Of a DNA stretch of 64,000 nt, positions 9,183-19,494 are shown piece by piece; the first letter of the stretch is position 1, and the number at the start of each line of letters is the position of its first letter. Origin of the DNA: Dehalococcoidia bacterium (lineage in GTDB: Bacteria; Chloroflexota; Dehalococcoidia; Dehalococcoidales; Fen-1064); contig DUFD01000017.1 in assembly GCA_011171075.1 (NCBI GenBank), positions 1,777-65,776 on the forward strand, given 5' to 3'. Below the pieces are notes generated by a model that was not told the origin of the DNA, made no database searches, and saw nothing but the letters and a program-made list of their open reading frames with translations. Position numbers and translations under genes: made by a program.

Positions 9183-12100
9183 TCATCCGGCCCGCCTTAA
9201 CACATCCACCAGCACTTCACGCCACTCCCTGCCCAGTCTCCTCCGGCTGAGGCCAATCTGATTCTTCCCCAATCGAATACCATCGCGTAGTACTGGCTCT
9301 AGCTTTTGCCTGTTGAAGCGTAGTCCCTCCACCAATCGCAGGACTATCTCACCACGCTCGGTAATGATAGACTCAATATAGGCACGGGCAGCCAGTACCT
9401 TGGCTTTGGCTGCATAGAGCAGGTTTTCCACCTCGGGCGGCAGTGGTCCGAACCTGTCTTTGAAATCGGCCGCCAGGTTGTCGACCTGCTCGGGGCTTTC
9501 CAGCTTGACCATTTCCTGGTACAGGTCGAGTCGGGTAATGAGGTCGGGTACGTATTCCTCCGGGATAAAGGCCACCAGAGGCAAATCTATCGAAGGAGAT
9601 GGCAGGTGTGATGGCACCAGCTCGGTCTCGGGGATGCCAGCCTGCTTTGCCTTGAGTTTCTCAACCGCCGATGCCAGGAGCTGGGTATAGAGGTGAAAGC
9701 CGACGGCGGTGATGTGGCCGCTCTGCCTCGTGCCGAGCAGCGTTCCGGCACCGCGTATCTCCAGGTCCTTCATGGCAATACCGAAACCAGCCCCTAGTTC
9801 GGTGGCCTCGTAAATCGTGCGCAGGCGCTTCTCCGCCACCGGCGTCAGGTTCTGCCCTTTGTCGAAAAGGAAATAGGCATAGGCCAGTTTGGCACCGCGT
9901 CCCACCCGGCCCCGAAGCTGGTAGAGCTGGGTCAGCCCGAATTTGTCGGCGCGGTTAACAATCAGGGTATTGACGTTGGGCATATCAAGACCCGACTCAA
10001 TAATAGTGGTGCAGAGCAGAATGTCGCTCTTGCCATCAACGAAGTCGGTAGTCACCTGTTCAAGCTCATACTCCGGCATCTGGCCGTGGGCGATGGCTAT
10101 TCTTGCTTCGGGCACAAGCTGCTCCAGCTTCTCGGCGACGATGGGAATGGACTGGACACGGTTATGCACGAAGAAGACCTGACCATTACGCTCCATCTCG
10201 CGTAATATCGCCTCACGGATTAAACGTTCGTCATACTCAGCGACGTAGGTCTTGATGGGCAGGCGTTCCTCAGGCGGGGTCTCCATAGTGCTCATGTCCC
10301 GCACACCGGTCAGGGCCATGTGGAGCGTTCGCGGGATTGGTGTAGCACTCAGGGTGAGTACATCCACTTCCTGACGCATCTGCTTCAGGTATTCCTTGTG
10401 GGCCACGCCGAAGCGCTGCTCTTCGTCGATAACCAACAATCCCAGATCCTTGAAGCTGACATCCTTCTGTATCAGGCGGTGTGTCCCGATGCAGATATCC
10501 ACCCGGCCGCTGGCCAGACCGTCGATAATTACCTGTTGCTCTCTGGGCGAACGGAACCGGCTCAGCACCTCGACTACCACCGGGAACGCTTCGAGTCTCT
10601 CTTTGAACGTGGTGTAATGCTGCTGGGCAAGCACAGTGGTAGGCACCAGTACCGCCACCTGCTTACCGTCAAGTACCGCTTTGAAGGCAGCGCGGAGGGC
10701 TACCTCGGTCTTACCATAGCCGACGTCCCCGCAGACGAGCCGGTCCATCGGCTTGCCCTGCTCCATATCCTCTTTAACATGGCCCTGCACCTCAATCTGG
10801 TCCGGCGTCTCCACATAGGGGAAGGAGGCCTCAAGCTCCCTCTGCCAGAGTGCATCCGGTGAGAAAGAGAAACCAGGCACAACATCGCGGGCGGCGTAGA
10901 GTGCCAGTAGCTCCTCCTCCATCTCCTCCACCGATTCCTTGACCTTCTGCTTTGTCCGCGCCCACTCCTGCGTACCGAGTCGACTCAGCACCGGGGTATG
11001 GTCACCGCTGCCACCAACATAGCGGGCCACCCGGTCAATCTGGTCGGACGGCACGTAGAGCCGGTCACCGGCGGCATATCGCAGTACCAAGAACTCCTTC
11101 TCGCCGTGCTCAGTCTTCATCATGCGGAAGCCGGTAAACTCGGCGATGCCGTGCTCAATGTGCACCACATAATCACCCGGTTTTATGTCAACCGCCAGCT
11201 TTCGCCGTGGCACAGGGCGTTTCTTCAGCAGACGTTGCTGCTTGATAAAGCCAAAGATCTCGGAATCTGCGAGTAGGGCCGTACTGCCCTTCAGCACCCA
11301 GCCTCCATCAAGCAGACCCTGCACCAGCATCAGTGAACCAGCCAGAGGAGGTTGTTTAACCTCATTTAAGGGTGGGGCAATAATATCCTCCTCAGCAAAT
11401 AGCTCCGAGAGCCGGCTTGCCTGATGACTGACTACAATGATACGCTGCTTTCGGGCCAGCATCTGCTTTACCCGGTTGATAAAGTCCGGTAGCTGGCCAG
11501 CATAGCTCGGGGCAGGCGTAAACACCAGCCGGTATTTGCCGTCATCAGAAGTACCCCAGGCAGTAATCGCCAGGCGCTGTCGACTCTCTACATCCTCTCT
11601 TAGTTCATCCCAGGTTAAATGTGGTTTCGGGAAAGTGACAGGCAACTCTCCCCGCTCACGCTTCCCGGCACGCAGTTCCTCTGACTTGGTATCGAAGTCG
11701 GCTACCGATAGTTCAATTCGTCGTGGCTCATCAAGCACGAACAAAGTACTATCTGGCAAGTAGTCTAGTAAGCTATCCTTATTAAACAGCGGTGCGTAGA
11801 ACTGGAAGTTCATCGGCCGCTGCTTCTGGGCAAGCATCGCCAGGTCGCGCTGATACTGCTCCCTGGCCTCGTTGTTGCACCCGCTCAGGTCAACGTCGCT
11901 CAGTAGGGCTCCTATTTCCGACTGTTCACCGAGCAGGGGAGTCAGTAGCTCGGTCGCCGGGCCAACGGTAACAGACGGCACATCCCGTAAAGAACGCTGG
12001 CTGGTTGGGTCGAAGAGACGTATGCTCTCCACGGTATTTCCGAAGAACTCGAGTCTGACCGGTATTTCGGCGGTCGCCGGGAAGATGTCTAAAATGCCAC

Positions 12101-12659
12101 CGCGGCGGCCGGCCGTCCCCGGCACCTCGACGATACTTTCTACCCGATAGCCTATCGATTGCCAGCGTTCGAGCAATTTAACAGGCTCGACCTCCATACC
12201 AACCTTTATAGTATGGAAACTCCCAGCGAAATCCTCATATGAGGCTGCCTTCTGGATAAAGGCAGGTGTAGAGGCAACTACAAGCGGTGGCTCCCCAGTA
12301 CCTTCCGCCAGGCCAACTAACGCCGATAATACCCGGAGCCTTTCGTGCTCCGACGGTGTATCCGAGATGACACGTTCGTAAGGCAGGGCATCAGGTTCGG
12401 GGAGGAGTCTGACCTCATCACACCCACACCATATCATCAGCTGGTCGTAGAGCTTACGGGCATTATCTGGTTGCGCTGTTATCATTACCAGCGGACGTTG
12501 CAGCCTCCGGTACAGGGCTGCAACGAGAAAGGGTTTTGCGGCTTCGAGTACCGTTACCTGCGTGCTTCCGTCGGCGCGTTCCAGTTCCTCAGCAAGCTGT
12601 CGATATTCAGGCACTTCATCAAAAAGATGCAGCAGCTGGCTCAGGTCCAGGGTCTCCAT
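9183..12659 (-). CDS. mfd: transcription-repair coupling factor Mfd
   Basis: UvrB-homology N-terminus. CarD/TRCF RNAP-interacting domain ([15 protein letters not shown]). SF2 helicase motifs ([18 protein letters not shown]). TRG and C-terminal D7 regions. I prefer the start at METLDL (12659) over the listed 12755. Confidence 0.95.
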   Translation of the reverse strand: METLDLSQLLHLFDEVPEYRQLAEELERADGSTQVTVLEAAKPFLVAALYRRLQRPLVMITAQPDNARKLYDQLMIWCGCDEVRLLPEPDALPYERVISDTPSEHERLRVLSALVGLAEGTGEPPLVVASTPAFIQKAASYEDFAGSFHTIKVGMEVEPVKLLERWQSIGYRVESIVEVPGTAGRRGGILDIFPATAEIPVRLEFFGNTVESIRLFDPTSQRSLRDVPSVTVGPATELLTPLLGEQSEIGALLSDVDLSGCNNEAREQYQRDLAMLAQKQRPMNFQFYAPLFNKDSLLDYLPDSTLFVLDEPRRIELSVADFDTKSEELRAGKRERGELPVTFPKPHLTWDELREDVESRQRLAITAWGTSDDGKYRLVFTPAPSYAGQLPDFINRVKQMLARKQRIIVVSHQASRLSELFAEEDIIAPPLNEVKQPPLAGSLMLVQGLLDGGWVLKGSTALLADSEIFGFIKQQRLLKKRPVPRRKLAVDIKPGDYVVHIEHGIAEFTGFRMMKTEHGEKEFLVLRYAAGDRLYVPSDQIDRVARYVGGSGDHTPVLSRLGTQEWARTKQKVKESVEEMEEELLALYAARDVVPGFSFSPDALWQRELEASFPYVETPDQIEVQGHVKEDMEQGKPMDRLVCGDVGYGKTEVALRAAFKAVLDGKQVAVLVPTTVLAQQHYTTFKERLEAFPVVVEVLSRFRSPREQQVIIDGLASGRVDICIGTHRLIQKDVSFKDLGLLVIDEEQRFGVAHKEYLKQMRQEVDVLTLSATPIPRTLHMALTGVRDMSTMETPPEERLPIKTYVAEYDERLIREAILREMERNGQVFFVHNRVQSIPIVAEKLEQLVPEARIAIAHGQMPEYELEQVTTDFVDGKSDILLCTTIIESGLDMPNVNTLIVNRADKFGLTQLYQLRGRVGRGAKLAYAYFLFDKGQNLTPVAEKRLRTIYEATELGAGFGIAMKDLEIRGAGTLLGTRQSGHITAVGFHLYTQLLASAVEKLKAKQAGIPETELVPSHLPSPSIDLPLVAFIPEEYVPDLITRLDLYQEMVKLESPEQVDNLAADFKDRFGPLPPEVENLLYAAKAKVLAARAYIESIITERGEIVLRLVEGLRFNRQKLEPVLRDGIRLGKNQIGLSRRRLGREWREVLVDVLRRAG

Positions 12660-12764
12660 TTTCTCCTCAAACACCCTTAGGGCTAGCCATAGCGGACTAG
12701 CCCTCGATATAAAGATTCTAACACAGGAAAGAGCATTAGGAAAGCTGGTCAGCAACCCGTGGCA

Positions 12765-13946
12765 TCATATCCCCCTCTTCGGGAATATCACCACGACCAT
12801 TACCAGCGCCAGCGCCATGACCACCGAGGTCAGCATGAGACCGGTGCCCACACCCACCGCCTCCCCAACCCAGCCCATCACCGGGGCACCGATGGCTACC
12901 CCTGCAGTAAGCAGAGCATGAAAGATGCCAGTGGCCACACCTCGCTCATCAGGGTTGCTGTGGTCAGCGACCAGCGCCGAGATTGAAGGAAAAAGCAGCC
13001 CGTAGGCCAGGCCATAAACCACCATCATCACGGCTAACAGTGGGAACGTTGTCTGGGTCGGTAACAGCACCAGAGAAGCAATGCCGAGACACAAACCAGC
13101 GACTATCGGCAGCCGCCTCCCCTTCCTGTCAGATAAGGCCCCGCTCGGAAACTGGGAGATAATAAACACCCCGGAGAAAACAGTCAGAAGCATCCCCACA
13201 TGAAAAGCGTCCATGCCGACATCACTCACATAGACGGGCAGCAGCGTTACCACACCCCCGAAGCTGAAGTACTGGGCAAATGTTGAACCATAGGCAACTG
13301 CCAAACCCTTCCTTCTTATCAGGGCTTTCACCATGGGGAGGCCCCCGCCAGATGTTGTTGGTGAAACTTGAATCTCTTTCCTCGCTGCGGGCAGTAACAG
13401 GCTGAGGCCAGCACCACCGAGAAGCATTGCCGCCCCGAAGAAGAACAACCATTCAGGGCCCAGCCGGGAGAACATGACACCGCCAACCCCGAATCCCACA
13501 AGGTGGGCGGCCGCAATCGAGATGCCGTAGATGCTCATTGCCCTGCCCTCCCGCTCTGCGGTGGCATAGCCAGCAATCGCCGACATCGTGGCCGGACCGA
13601 CCACCGCTCCCGTTATTCCGTGAAATACCCTCACCAGCGCCAGGTGCAGGGGCAGGCGACATAGCGAATAAAAGACCATCGCCAGGGCATCACCCAGCAG
13701 CCCGAAGATTAAGGGGAGCTTGTGGCCTAACCGGTCAATCAGACGACCAAAGAGCACGTTGACCGGGGTATTGACTATCGAGTACAGGCCAACGATGAGC
13801 CCCGTTATCCCGACACCGGCGCCAAGCTCCTCTGCATACAGAGCTATTATCGGGACAAGCAAAGTGGTGTCAAGGAAACCAGTAAAGGTAACGGCAGATA
13901 TTACTGGCCATATACGGCGGGGCTGGCTAGTTTCTGTTGTAGCCAT
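12765..13946 (-). CDS. MFS transporter
   Basis: About 12 predicted TM segments and an MFS loop motif G.L.DR.GRR-like (GALSDRKGRRLP; GRLIDRLGHK). The start is uncertain (13946 vs 13991). Confidence 0.8.
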   Translation of the reverse strand: MATTETSQPRRIWPVISAVTFTGFLDTTLLVPIIALYAEELGAGVGITGLIVGLYSIVNTPVNVLFGRLIDRLGHKLPLIFGLLGDALAMVFYSLCRLPLHLALVRVFHGITGAVVGPATMSAIAGYATAEREGRAMSIYGISIAAAHLVGFGVGGVMFSRLGPEWLFFFGAAMLLGGAGLSLLLPAARKEIQVSPTTSGGGLPMVKALIRRKGLAVAYGSTFAQYFSFGGVVTLLPVYVSDVGMDAFHVGMLLTVFSGVFIISQFPSGALSDRKGRRLPIVAGLCLGIASLVLLPTQTTFPLLAVMMVVYGLAYGLLFPSISALVADHSNPDERGVATGIFHALLTAGVAIGAPVMGWVGEAVGVGTGLMLTSVVMALALVMVVVIFPKRGI

Positions 13947-14034
13947 AACACTCAAATGGTAGCAGGAAGCCCTCACCCATTCAAACGGCAAGTTGTTATG
14001 TTATAATGGGGAAACTCCGTGGAGGCCAATTTCC

Positions 14035-15171
14035 GTGACAAAGAAGAGCAAATCAAGTCTAGCCTATCGACGAATCGTGGCCAAGTTCGGCACCAGCCTT
14101 ATTACGGGCGGTACAAATCAGCTTGACCAGTCGGCCATGACAGGGCTGGTCGACCAGATAGCACGTCTTCACCAGCAGGGCAGCGAGCTACTGATAGTCT
14201 CATCCGGAGCCATTGCCGCTGGACGCCAGAAGCTGGGGCTGACCAGGAAGATTCGGGGTATCCCTTTCCGGCAGGTAATGGCCTCGGCGGGGCAGAGTCG
14301 CTTGATGAACATCTACGAGCAGCTTTTCGATAAACACGGTATCAGAGTGGCGCAGGCGTTGCTCACCAGACACGACCTCTCCGACCGCGCCGGATACCTG
14401 AACACCCGTAATACCCTGCTCGCTCTGCTGGAGCTCGGTGTTGTCCCGATTGTCAACGAGAACGACGTCGTTGCTGTCGACGAGATACAGGAGGCCAGCT
14501 TCGGCGATAACGATAACCTCTCGGCAATGGTGGCCAACTTAATTGATGCCGACCTGTTGCTGCTCCTGGGCGACATCGGGGGGCTCTACACCGCGGACCC
14601 GCATCGGCGTACGGATGCGCGCCTCATACCGCAGGTAGAGCGGATAGACAGGGAAATTGAGAGGCTGGCCTAGGGTACGGCCAGCGAGTCTGGCACGGGC
14701 GGCATGATAACCAAGATAGAGGCCGCCAGACTGGCGACTGCCTCAGGAGTAACTGTTGTTATCGCCGACGGCCGCGAGCCGGACGTAGTCATGAGATTGG
14801 CCGCCTGTGAGGCTATCGGTACCCGCTTTGTCACGAAGACCACCAGGCTGGAAAGTCGACAGCGCTGGATGCTGAGTGGGCTCTCCACCAGGGGAAAGCT
14901 GGTGGTGGACGCCGGGGCAGCCAACGCCCTCAGGAAGCAGAACCGCAGTCTCCTCGCCGCCGGTATCGAGCGCAGCGAGGGGCGCTTCCAGCGGGGGGAC
15001 ATCGTCGAAATCCATGACCCCGAGGGGGTGCGTATCGGCTGCGGCATTACCAACTACGGCTCGGCGGATATCGAGGTGCTCAAAGGAGCGCACTCCGGCA
15101 AGATTGCCGAGCTCCTCGGCCACGACTACGGCTCCGAGGTAGTCCATAAGAATAACCTGGTGGTTTTATAA
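14035..15171 (+). pseudogene. proB: glutamate 5-kinase ProB interrupted by one in-frame TAG (14671-14673)
   Basis: ORFs 13993..14673 and 14704..15171 are in the same frame. Reading through gives ..IERLA*GTASESGTGGMITKIEAA.., which is the conserved ProB GTGGM-TK motif, followed by a PUA domain. SD GGAGG lies 9 nt before GTG 14035. Confidence 0.85.
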
Positions 15172-15177
15172 GGGTAA

Positions 15178-15219
15178 CCCATCCCCCTGACCCCCTTCCC
15201 TTGATAAGAGGGAAGGGGG
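15178..15219. repeat. REP-like hairpin element, type 1 (copy E2)
   Basis: CCCATCCCCC flank, then CCCCCTTCCCT-TGATAAG-AGGGAAGGGGG (11-bp stem). A second hairpin AGAGAGG-TTTTCAC-CCTCTCT lies at 15231-15251. Confidence 0.6.
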
Positions 15220-15321
15220 AAGACTAGGTTAGAGAGGTTTTCACCCTCTCTACAACACTCCCGGCAGGACGATATTGTGAGGTGGCCTTTAGTGGAAGCA
15301 CCAACTCGAAAAGAAAGAGAA

Positions 15322-15984
15322 ATGGATAACATTATCGAACGCATGCGCATTAACTTGGAAAAAGCACATGTAAAAGGTATTCCAGAGTACATAAAACGAC
15401 TACATGATAATCGTAAAAGTGAGAAGTTTGAGGACTTCCATCTTGAGGGCAGGGCAGCCCTTATGTTCAGTCAAGCAGGTTTTGACGTGACCTTGCGGGA
15501 ATCTCCCGACTTAGCCCTCCAATTCAACAATAAACAACTCTATGCAGAAGTTACACACTTTAGAAAGAAGGAACAAGATAGACTCGACGATGCTAAGATG
15601 AGAGGGCTTGGTGACGAAGATGAATTAGTGCCATATGGCAATACGTATTCGCTCGAAGGTAAACACGCCTGGGAACAAGTTTATGAAGTAGCTATAAAGA
15701 AGATAAACCAATATAAAGAACACGCCCCTAATATGCTGGTCATTGAGAGTAGCAGTAGCTGTATCGAAGATACAGAAATACCTTCAGCAATTGATATGAT
15801 TAACGAAGATGTTAATTCCGGCAAATGCCCAGGACTTGCTAGACTAAATGGCATTCTGTTAATAACGGTAGATGAATTTAATATCCCTCAATGGCGAGAA
15901 GTATTTCCTTATTACACATGCAATCCTAGCGTCACGCTTAGCAAGGAACTTAAACATTTACTTGACAATATTCGTCTTAGCTAA
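15322..15984 (+). CDS. hypothetical protein in an AT-rich islet between proB and proA
   Basis: 220 aa starting MDNIIERM. Visibly lower GC than its neighbours. I recognise no family. There is a weak PD-(D/E)xK-like pattern (E..SPDLAL..LYAEVTHFRKK). Confidence 0.5.
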   Translation: MDNIIERMRINLEKAHVKGIPEYIKRLHDNRKSEKFEDFHLEGRAALMFSQAGFDVTLRESPDLALQFNNKQLYAEVTHFRKKEQDRLDDAKMRGLGDEDELVPYGNTYSLEGKHAWEQVYEVAIKKINQYKEHAPNMLVIESSSSCIEDTEIPSAIDMINEDVNSGKCPGLARLNGILLITVDEFNIPQWREVFPYYTCNPSVTLSKELKHLLDNIRLS

Positions 15985-16014
15985 CCAATAACCTATACGC
16001 AAAATGGGCAGTCA

Positions 16015-16124
16015 AAGAGGGGCGTAGCCCCTCTTACAAAAACCTATCCCCTTTTCCCCTTTTGGGGAGTCCAGAGGGGTGTAACCCCTCTTGGCGGGGG
16101 ATACCAAGGGGGTGTCCCCCTTGG
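16015..16124. repeat. array of GC-rich hairpins (REP-like type 2, plus a degenerate type 1)
   Basis: AAGAGGGGC-GTA-GCCCCTCTT (16015-16035). CCTATCCCC..CCCC-TTTT-GGGG (16043-16067). CCAGAGGGGT-GTA-ACCCCTCTTGG (16071-16094). CCAAGGGGG-TGT-CCCCCTTGG (16104-16124). Confidence 0.6.
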
Positions 16125-16204
16125 TAATACGGATGGGATTACATTTAGCCCCAATTCAATGTAGAATAGATAATAACTAACCCTGAACCAGAGGAGTAAT
16201 CAAC

Positions 16205-17479
16205 ATGGAGAAAGCAATCGATGAACTGCGGGCCAAAGGCAAGGTCGCCAGGGAGGCCTCGCGGCGGCTGGCCTACCTCTCCACCGAGGTAAAGAACCAG
16301 GCACTAAGCAACATCGCCGATGACCTGCTGGCCAAGAAAGACGAGATACTGGCCGCCAACCGGAAGGACTGCCAGGAGGCCAAGGCATCCGGTATGGGCG
16401 CCGCCATGCTCGACCGCCTTATGCTCGACGAAAGCAGGCTGAAAAGCATATCCGACGACGTACGAACGGTGGCAGGGCTCCCCGACCCGGTCGGCGAGGT
16501 GTTTGACATGCGCACCCTGCCCAACGGCATGCTTATCGGCCGCAAGCGGACACCCCTGGGCGTCATCGGTACCATGTACGAAAGCCGTCCCAACGTCACC
16601 ATCGATATCTCCGTCCTCTGCCTGAAGTCCGGAAACGCGGTTGTCCTCCGTGGCGGCAAGGAGGCAATCAACTCCAACTCTGCCCTGGCCGGGCTGGTGC
16701 AGGCAGCCATTGCGCGTGCCGGAATGCCCGAAGGCGCCGTGCAGTTCGTTGACAACACCGACCGCGCCCTCGTAAGCCACCTGCTCAAGATGAGCGACTA
16801 TATTGACCTGTTTATACCCCGCGGCGGTGCCGAGTTGATTACGTTTGTCAGGGAAAACGCCACCATGCCGGTCATCGGTGCCGGCGTCAGTGTCTGTCAT
16901 ACCTATGTCGACCGTACCGCTGATATAGAAAAGGCAGTGGCCATAACCTACAACGCCAAGGTGCAGCGTCCTTCCGTGTGCAACGCCCTGGACACCCTGC
17001 TGATTCACGCCGATATCGCCCAGAGCTGTCTCCCCCGGATAGCGTCCGAGTGGGCAAAGGCAGGGGTCGAGATGCACTGTGACGAAATGTCGATGGCTAT
17101 CCTGAAAGCAGACTCCTCCCTGAAACTGGCACCGGCTACCGAGGAAGACTGGGGCAAGGAATTCCTGGCACTGGTGGCAGCAGTAAAAGTGGTAGACTCG
17201 CTGGACGAAGCCCTGAAACACATCGAACTCTACAGCTCACAGGCCGACGAGGCTATTGTAACCGAAGACTACAGCTCTGCCATGCGCTTTCTTAATGAAG
17301 TGGACGCTGCCTCCGTATATGTAAACGCCAGCACCCGCTTCACCGATGGCGGGCAATTCGGGCTTGGGGCTGAGGTGGCTATCAGCACCCAGAAAATGCA
17401 CGCCCGTGGGCCACTAGGTCTGAAGGAATTAACGAGCTACAAGTGGATTATCTTCGGTGACGGGCACGTCCGACCCTAG
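16205..17479 (+). CDS. proA: glutamate-5-semialdehyde dehydrogenase (gamma-glutamyl phosphate reductase)
   Basis: Full-length ProA pattern (..[14 protein letters not shown].., ..[10 protein letters not shown].., ..[17 protein letters not shown]..), 424 aa. Confidence 0.95.
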   Translation: MEKAIDELRAKGKVAREASRRLAYLSTEVKNQALSNIADDLLAKKDEILAANRKDCQEAKASGMGAAMLDRLMLDESRLKSISDDVRTVAGLPDPVGEVFDMRTLPNGMLIGRKRTPLGVIGTMYESRPNVTIDISVLCLKSGNAVVLRGGKEAINSNSALAGLVQAAIARAGMPEGAVQFVDNTDRALVSHLLKMSDYIDLFIPRGGAELITFVRENATMPVIGAGVSVCHTYVDRTADIEKAVAITYNAKVQRPSVCNALDTLLIHADIAQSCLPRIASEWAKAGVEMHCDEMSMAILKADSSLKLAPATEEDWGKEFLALVAAVKVVDSLDEALKHIELYSSQADEAIVTEDYSSAMRFLNEVDAASVYVNASTRFTDGGQFGLGAEVAISTQKMHARGPLGLKELTSYKWIIFGDGHVRP

Positions 17480-18219
17480 AGCTCTGACTGCTTACCCCTT
17501 AAGGCATCGAGCGCTTCCTTTTGTATCTGGAACAACTCCCTGATGCCCTTTTCGGCCAGTTCGAGCAGGAAATCTATCGTCTCCTTATTGAAGGTTCGGC
17601 CTTCAGCCGTGCCCTGTACCTCGACGAACTCGCCCTGACTGGTCATCACCACGTTGAAATCGACCTCGGCATTGAAGTCCTCATCGTAACACAGGTCGAG
17701 GAGACGCTGTTGGTGCGCCACGCCAACACTGGTGGCCGCGACAGCGCACCGCAGTGGCAGTGATGGTATCATCCCCATGCCGGCGGCGGTCTCCAGCGCC
17801 TGGTGCAGAGCAACATAACCACCAGTGATAGCCGCCGTCCTGGTACCACCGTCAGCCTGGAGCACATCGCAGTCAATTATCAGGCTGCGTTCACCCAGCA
17901 CCGCCAAGTCTACCGCCGCTCTCATTGAGCGCCCGATAAGCCTCTGTATTTCCTGGCTCCGTCCGGCTATCCTGCCCACAGAGATATCACGGGCGGAACG
18001 TGTCAACGTTGCCCGCGGTAACATCGAATACTCGGCGGTAATCCAGCCGGTACCCGAACCTTTGAGAAAAGCCGGCACCCTGTCTTCAATAGTGGCGGAG
18101 CAGAGCACCCGTGTCTTTCCCTGCTCTATCAGCGCCGAGCCTTCGGCAAAACTCTGATACCCCGGTGTGATACGTACTGGCCTCAACTCGTCATAAGCAC
18201 GACCATCGGCCCTTTTCAC
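17476..18219 (-). CDS. rph: ribonuclease PH
   Basis: [19 protein letters not shown].., ..[11 protein letters not shown].., ..[19 protein letters not shown] prefer GTG 18219 (AAGGAG SD upstream) over the listed 18261. Confidence 0.9.
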   Translation of the reverse strand: MKRADGRAYDELRPVRITPGYQSFAEGSALIEQGKTRVLCSATIEDRVPAFLKGSGTGWITAEYSMLPRATLTRSARDISVGRIAGRSQEIQRLIGRSMRAAVDLAVLGERSLIIDCDVLQADGGTRTAAITGGYVALHQALETAAGMGMIPSLPLRCAVAATSVGVAHQQRLLDLCYDEDFNAEVDFNVVMTSQGEFVEVQGTAEGRTFNKETIDFLLELAEKGIRELFQIQKEALDALRGKQSEL

Positions 18220-18350
18220 GTGGCTCCTTCCTTCCTGCCAACTTCTGCCAAAGTATAACACTCACACATGGTGGTGGCAATCACTTATGCAGCTTTACGC
18301 TACTAGCGTGCCTCGATTTTCTAACTCACATACCCTTCTGGCAGTGGTGG

Positions 18351-18419
18351 CCCCATCCCCTTAGTTCCCTTCCCCAATGGGGAAGGGAAAGTTATGGTAC
18401 AAGGGGCTGCGCCCCTCTT
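18351..18419. repeat. REP-like composite element (type 1 + type 2 hairpins, copy E3)
   Basis: CCCCATCCCC flank. TTCCCTTCCCC-AAT-GGGGAAGGGAA (18365-18389, 11-bp stem). AAGGGGC-TGC-GCCCCTCTT (18401-18419). Confidence 0.6.
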
Positions 18420-18429
18420 TAACTCCTCT

Positions 18430-18804
18430 TCAGTCCTCACCTTGCTCAAGCTCCCTCAATCTGGTATCGCTTATCCCGAAATGATGGGCTATCTCGTGCC
18501 TGACCACCCGTCTCACCTCAGCCTCAATCTCATCCTCAGAACGGCAACGGGCTTCAATCGGCCCCTGGAATATGGTTATTTTATCCGGAAGAACCATCCC
18601 GTACCCACGACCACGCCGGGTCTGCGGCACACCTTCGTAGAGGCCGAGCAGGGTATACCCAGAACCCAGTCCTGCTTTTCGTCGCTGGCTGATAGTGGGA
18701 CGGTCCTCAACGACAATGTCCAGGTTGTGCATCTGCGACAGGAACTCCTCGGGCAACTCGTTGACCGCCCTGACCACCAGTTCCTGAAATCTCTCTCTAT
18801 CCAT
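18430..18804 (-). CDS. zincin-like metallopeptidase family protein (COG3824/DUF1025-like)
   Basis: 124 aa with HEIAHHFG near the C-terminus and an N-terminus typical of this small family (F..LV..A...LP..F). Confidence 0.65.
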   Translation of the reverse strand: MDRERFQELVVRAVNELPEEFLSQMHNLDIVVEDRPTISQRRKAGLGSGYTLLGLYEGVPQTRRGRGYGMVLPDKITIFQGPIEARCRSEDEIEAEVRRVVRHEIAHHFGISDTRLRELEQGED

Positions 18805-19006
18805 TAAGCCACCAGCTCACCAGCTATATACTACCACAGCACCAACGACTGTAATTCTAATGACCTAGTAAGATATGTCAACCTACCTATTTTCACATGG
18901 TCAAAACTTACCAGGAGATTTACCTCCTTCAGGTGATGCAGTACGGCGCTGACTAAGGTAACCTGTGGTGTTAATAGTACACTTAAAGGATGGAGGAGTA
19001 ATATTA

Positions 19007-19264
19007 ATGAGAACTCGAAAAAGTAACGGGAACCTGCTGACGACCAGCGAAGTAGCCCGTATGCTCCACATACACATCAACACGGCCAGAAGATGGAGCA
19101 ATCGTGGCTTTTTAAGATCTTGCCGCGTGGGACCCCGCCGCGACCGACGTTTCCATCGCGAAGACATCATGGAGATACTCACTGATATCAGGGGCGTGCC
19201 CGACAAAGAAGCATACAAAGAAACAGAGCGTAAAAAAACGCCTGTCCGGGCAGGCAGCAGTTAA
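19007..19264 (+). CDS. helix-turn-helix (excisionase/MerR-type HTH_17) DNA-binding protein
   Basis: LLTTSEVARMLHIHINTARRWSNRGFLRSCRVGPRRDRRFHREDI. GGAGGAG SD lies 8 nt before ATG 19007. Confidence 0.6.
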   Translation: MRTRKSNGNLLTTSEVARMLHIHINTARRWSNRGFLRSCRVGPRRDRRFHREDIMEILTDIRGVPDKEAYKETERKKTPVRAGSS

Positions 19265-19331
19265 ACCCCTCCATACCTGCTTCAATATTACCGGGGCCTA
19301 AACAGAAGCACGCTTCTCGCCCAAACCAGAC

Positions 19332-19369
19332 GAGGGTGTGGTAGTCCGACCTCCTGACGCCACACCCTC
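19332..19369. terminator. hairpin between convergent genes
   Basis: GAGGGTGTGG/CCACACCCTC form a 10-bp stem with an 18-nt loop. No U-tract. Confidence 0.3.
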
Positions 19370-19494
19370 ATGGTACTTCTGAAAAATTCGGCCAATAATC
19401 CCGGATTTCCAAAGGGATAGTATGTGTCTTGTCTCGCGTCCAGAGGCAAAGACGCACTGTGCTGGCCGTCCTGTCATACCAGAACGGCCATTTG

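Noticed and set aside
14671-14673. Genome-wide reassignment of TAG (for example pyrrolysine or a sense codon) as the explanation for the proB interruption.
   Set aside because: At least six other genes in the window terminate on TAG at positions matching their family C-termini, and no other gene shows an internal TAG.
16273-17223. Long ORFs antisense to proA (305 aa, 171 aa, 72 aa).
   Set aside because: These are typical GC-rich shadow ORFs. proA on the plus strand is full-length with conserved motifs.
18965-19264. Excisionase-type HTH as a marker of a prophage or integrative element.
   Set aside because: There is no integrase, att-like repeat, tRNA or phage structural gene within the window. 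The neighbours are housekeeping or pilus genes.
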